This document shows, in pieces, positions 61,693 to 64,000 of a stretch of 64,000 nt of DNA (positions within the stretch are counted from its first letter, which is position 1; each line of letters starts with the position of its first letter). A program made the translations under genes and the position numbers. Source of the DNA: Dehalococcoidia bacterium (lineage in GTDB: Bacteria > Chloroflexota > Dehalococcoidia > Lucifugimonadales > CBDBON01); NCBI GenBank assembly GCA_965198105.1, contig OZ240240.1:2168755-2232754 (forward strand). Direction: 5' to 3'. The notes under the pieces were generated by a model that had not been told where the DNA came from, ran no database searches, and saw only the letters and a list, made by a program, of their open reading frames with translations.

Positions 61693-63213
61693 CCCGAATC
61701 CACCGAAGGAGTGGGGAATAAAGGTGTCCTGAAAGCGTGAAAAGGCGCTCCCGCGTATCTGGGATAATGGTTTTGTGTCAAAAAACCGACCCCAGAGAAG
61801 GAGCACCCTTTAGATGCTACCACTTGAGCACCCCGATCGCATCCACATCGCCTTCGATGATCACCGCCTGGTAGCCAATGCTGGGCTGTTGCTGCCCGCC
61901 ACCCTGGCTCTCCGCCTGGGTCTGGGTGAAGTGGTTGACCGGTACCTGGACCTGGGTAACGCCCCCGGCCGGGCCAACACCGGCGACAAGCTGATGACCC
62001 TGGTAGCCTCTGCCCTGGCCGGAGGCGACTGCATCGACGATGCTGATGCGTTGCGCAGTGGCGGTACCGCCAGGGTCTTGGGGTGTGTGGTCAAGGCCCC
62101 GTCCACCCTGGGCACCTTCCTGCGCAGCTTCCGTTGGGGACACGTCAGGCAACTGGACCGGGTCAGCCGGGAGTTGCTGGCCCAAGCCTGGGCCGCCGGG
62201 GCCGGACCCGGCAATGCACCCTTGACCATTGACCTGGACTCCACCATCTGCGAGACCTACGGCCTGAGCAAGGAGGGAGCCCGCCATCACGGCTACACCG
62301 GCCAGCGGGGCTATCACCCGCTGCTGGCTGTGGCCGCCGGCACCGGCGAGGTGCTGATGGCCCGTCTCCGGGAGGGCCGGGCCAATACCGCCCGGGGCGC
62401 GGACCACTTCCTGCGGGAGACGGTGAGCCGGGTGCGCTACGTCGGGGCCAAGGGACAGATCACAGTGCGGGCCGACAGCGGTTTTTATACCCACGGCGTG
62501 GTCAAGGTCTGCCGCAAGACGGATGTCCGCTTCTCCATCACCGTCCGCCTGCGCCAGAACCTGAGAAATCTGATAGAGGCCATACCCGAGTCGGACTGGC
62601 GGCCCATACCCTACTGATGGAGGGCGCCGCCGACGTGGCCGAGACTGAATACACGCCATTCCAGAGTCAGACCGGCGCCGCGCCGGTGCGGCTTATCGTT
62701 CGCCGGGTGAGGCCCACGCCCGGCTCCCAGCTGGCCCTCTTTGCCAGCTACAGCTATCACGCCATGATCACCGACCGGGAGGGGGATACCCTGGAACTGG
62801 AGGCCGACCACCGCCGACACGCCGAGATCGAGAACGCCATCCGGGACCTCAAGTACGGCGTGGGCCTGAACCATCTTCCCTCGGGGCGCTTTTCCGCCAA
62901 TGGAGCCTGACTGGCGGTGCAGATCATGGCCCACAATCTGGCCCGCTGGACACAGCGCATCGCCCTGGGAGAGACGGTGGCAACCACCAAGACCCTTCGG
63001 CGACGCTTCCTTTCCCTGGCTGGAAGGATCACCCGCAAGGCCCGCCAACTCACCCTGCACCTGCCCCGGCGCTGGCCCTGGGAAAGCCAGTTTGTCTCTG
63101 CTCTGGTACGGCTGCGGGCCATTCCACTGCCCGCTTGACGCCATCCCCACCCAAGGAAACCGCTTCTCCCACCAAACAATTGAAGGTCTCCCTCCAACTC
63201 GCGCCAACCAGGC
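61693..63213 (+). mobile_element. IS1380-family element; right end interrupted by IS630
   Basis: CCCGAATCCACCGA-type left end; transposase remnant 61814-63138. Confidence 0.75.
61814..63138 (+). pseudogene. IS1380-family transposase, frameshift at ~62616 and stop at 62910
   Basis: IDLDST, GYHPL, LREGRAN, VRADSGF, HAEIENAIRDLK, LPSGRFSAN. Confidence 0.88.
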
Positions 63214-63296
63214 TAGTACCGGTTCCATATGTATTTGACAAGTATAAGAAATAGGTTAGTCTTGTGTATGATCCTATGAGAAGGACATACGAAGAC

Positions 63297-64000
63297 ATGG
63301 CTGCTCTCAAGTACAAGGTGGAGTTGAACGAGTCGGAACGGACACATCTCAAGCAGTTGGCGAGTCGTGGCGAGACTTCGGCCCGTAAGGTCAAGCGAGC
63401 GCTGGTGTTGCTGAAGGCGGACGAAGGCATGACCGACCGTGACATCGCCAGCGGCCTATTGATAAGCGCATCCACGGTCGGACGTGTGCGCACGCGGTTT
63501 GTGAAGGAGGAACTCGACAGCGCACTCAATGAGCGCCCTCGACCGGGACAGAAGCGCAAGTTGGACGGCAGACAGGAAGCACATCTGATAGCCATCGCGT
63601 GCAGCGACGCACCCGAAGGACACGCGGATTGGACGATCCAACTGCTTGCCGACAAGGTGGTGGCGATGGGGTTTGCCGAGAGCATCTCCCTCGAGACGGT
63701 GCGCCAGATACTCAAAAAAACGAACTCAAGCCGTGGAAGAAGAAGGAGTGGTGCATCCCGGAGGTGAGCGGGGAGTTCGTGGCTCGAATGGAGGACGTGC
63801 TGGACCTGTACCACGCAGACTACGACCCGGACCATCCCGTGGTCTGTTTCGACGAGACATCCAGGCAACTGGTGGCCGATAAGAGACCCGTCATCGGGGC
63901 CAAGCCGGGTCGGATGGAACGATATGACTACGAGTACAAGCGAAACGGCACTCGAAACCTGTTCATGTTCTGTGAGCCGAAAGCTGGCTGGCGGCATGTC
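63297..64000 (+). CDS. IS630-family transposase with slippery A-run frameshift, running off the window
   Basis: ERPRPG, ACSDAPEGHADWT, CTCAAAAAAACGAACTC then KPWKKKEWCIP...MEDVLDLY...VCFDE...DYEYKRNGT; element starts after TA at 63214. Confidence 0.9.

Overview
High-GC bacterial chromosome segment. The gene set and order (recO-recR-ybaB-dnaX-ybeY-hflCK, glmU, prfB, ispE-rsmA-large SRP RNA, lepA, collagen-like lipoprotein, hydantoinase/CocE/DAO paralogs) suggest Chloroflexota/Dehalococcoidia, SAR202-like (inference). Positions 1-11.4 kb are the tRNA-proximal end of a decaying genomic island at tRNA-Arg(CCT). It holds a P4-type integrase and AlpA, nested IS21 copies, a broken mcrC, an IS6-family element carrying passenger genes with an IS256 inside it, and several small non-coding insertions. 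Positions 11.5-61 kb are mostly core and catabolic genes, with 3 tRNAs in the window, a frameshifted prfB, an IS66 and a matching MITE, and a family of palindromic repeats that also enters coding frames. The right end carries IS1380 and IS630. No CRISPR array was seen. The most unusual signals are a twice-repeated ~560 bp non-coding element with a perfect 36-bp palindrome, a 95-bp TIR-less insertion carrying an internal complement of its own junction, the cargo-carrying IS6 element, and a relic duplication of the lepA 3' end bordering small defence-like genes. All alignments were done by eye; no searches were run.
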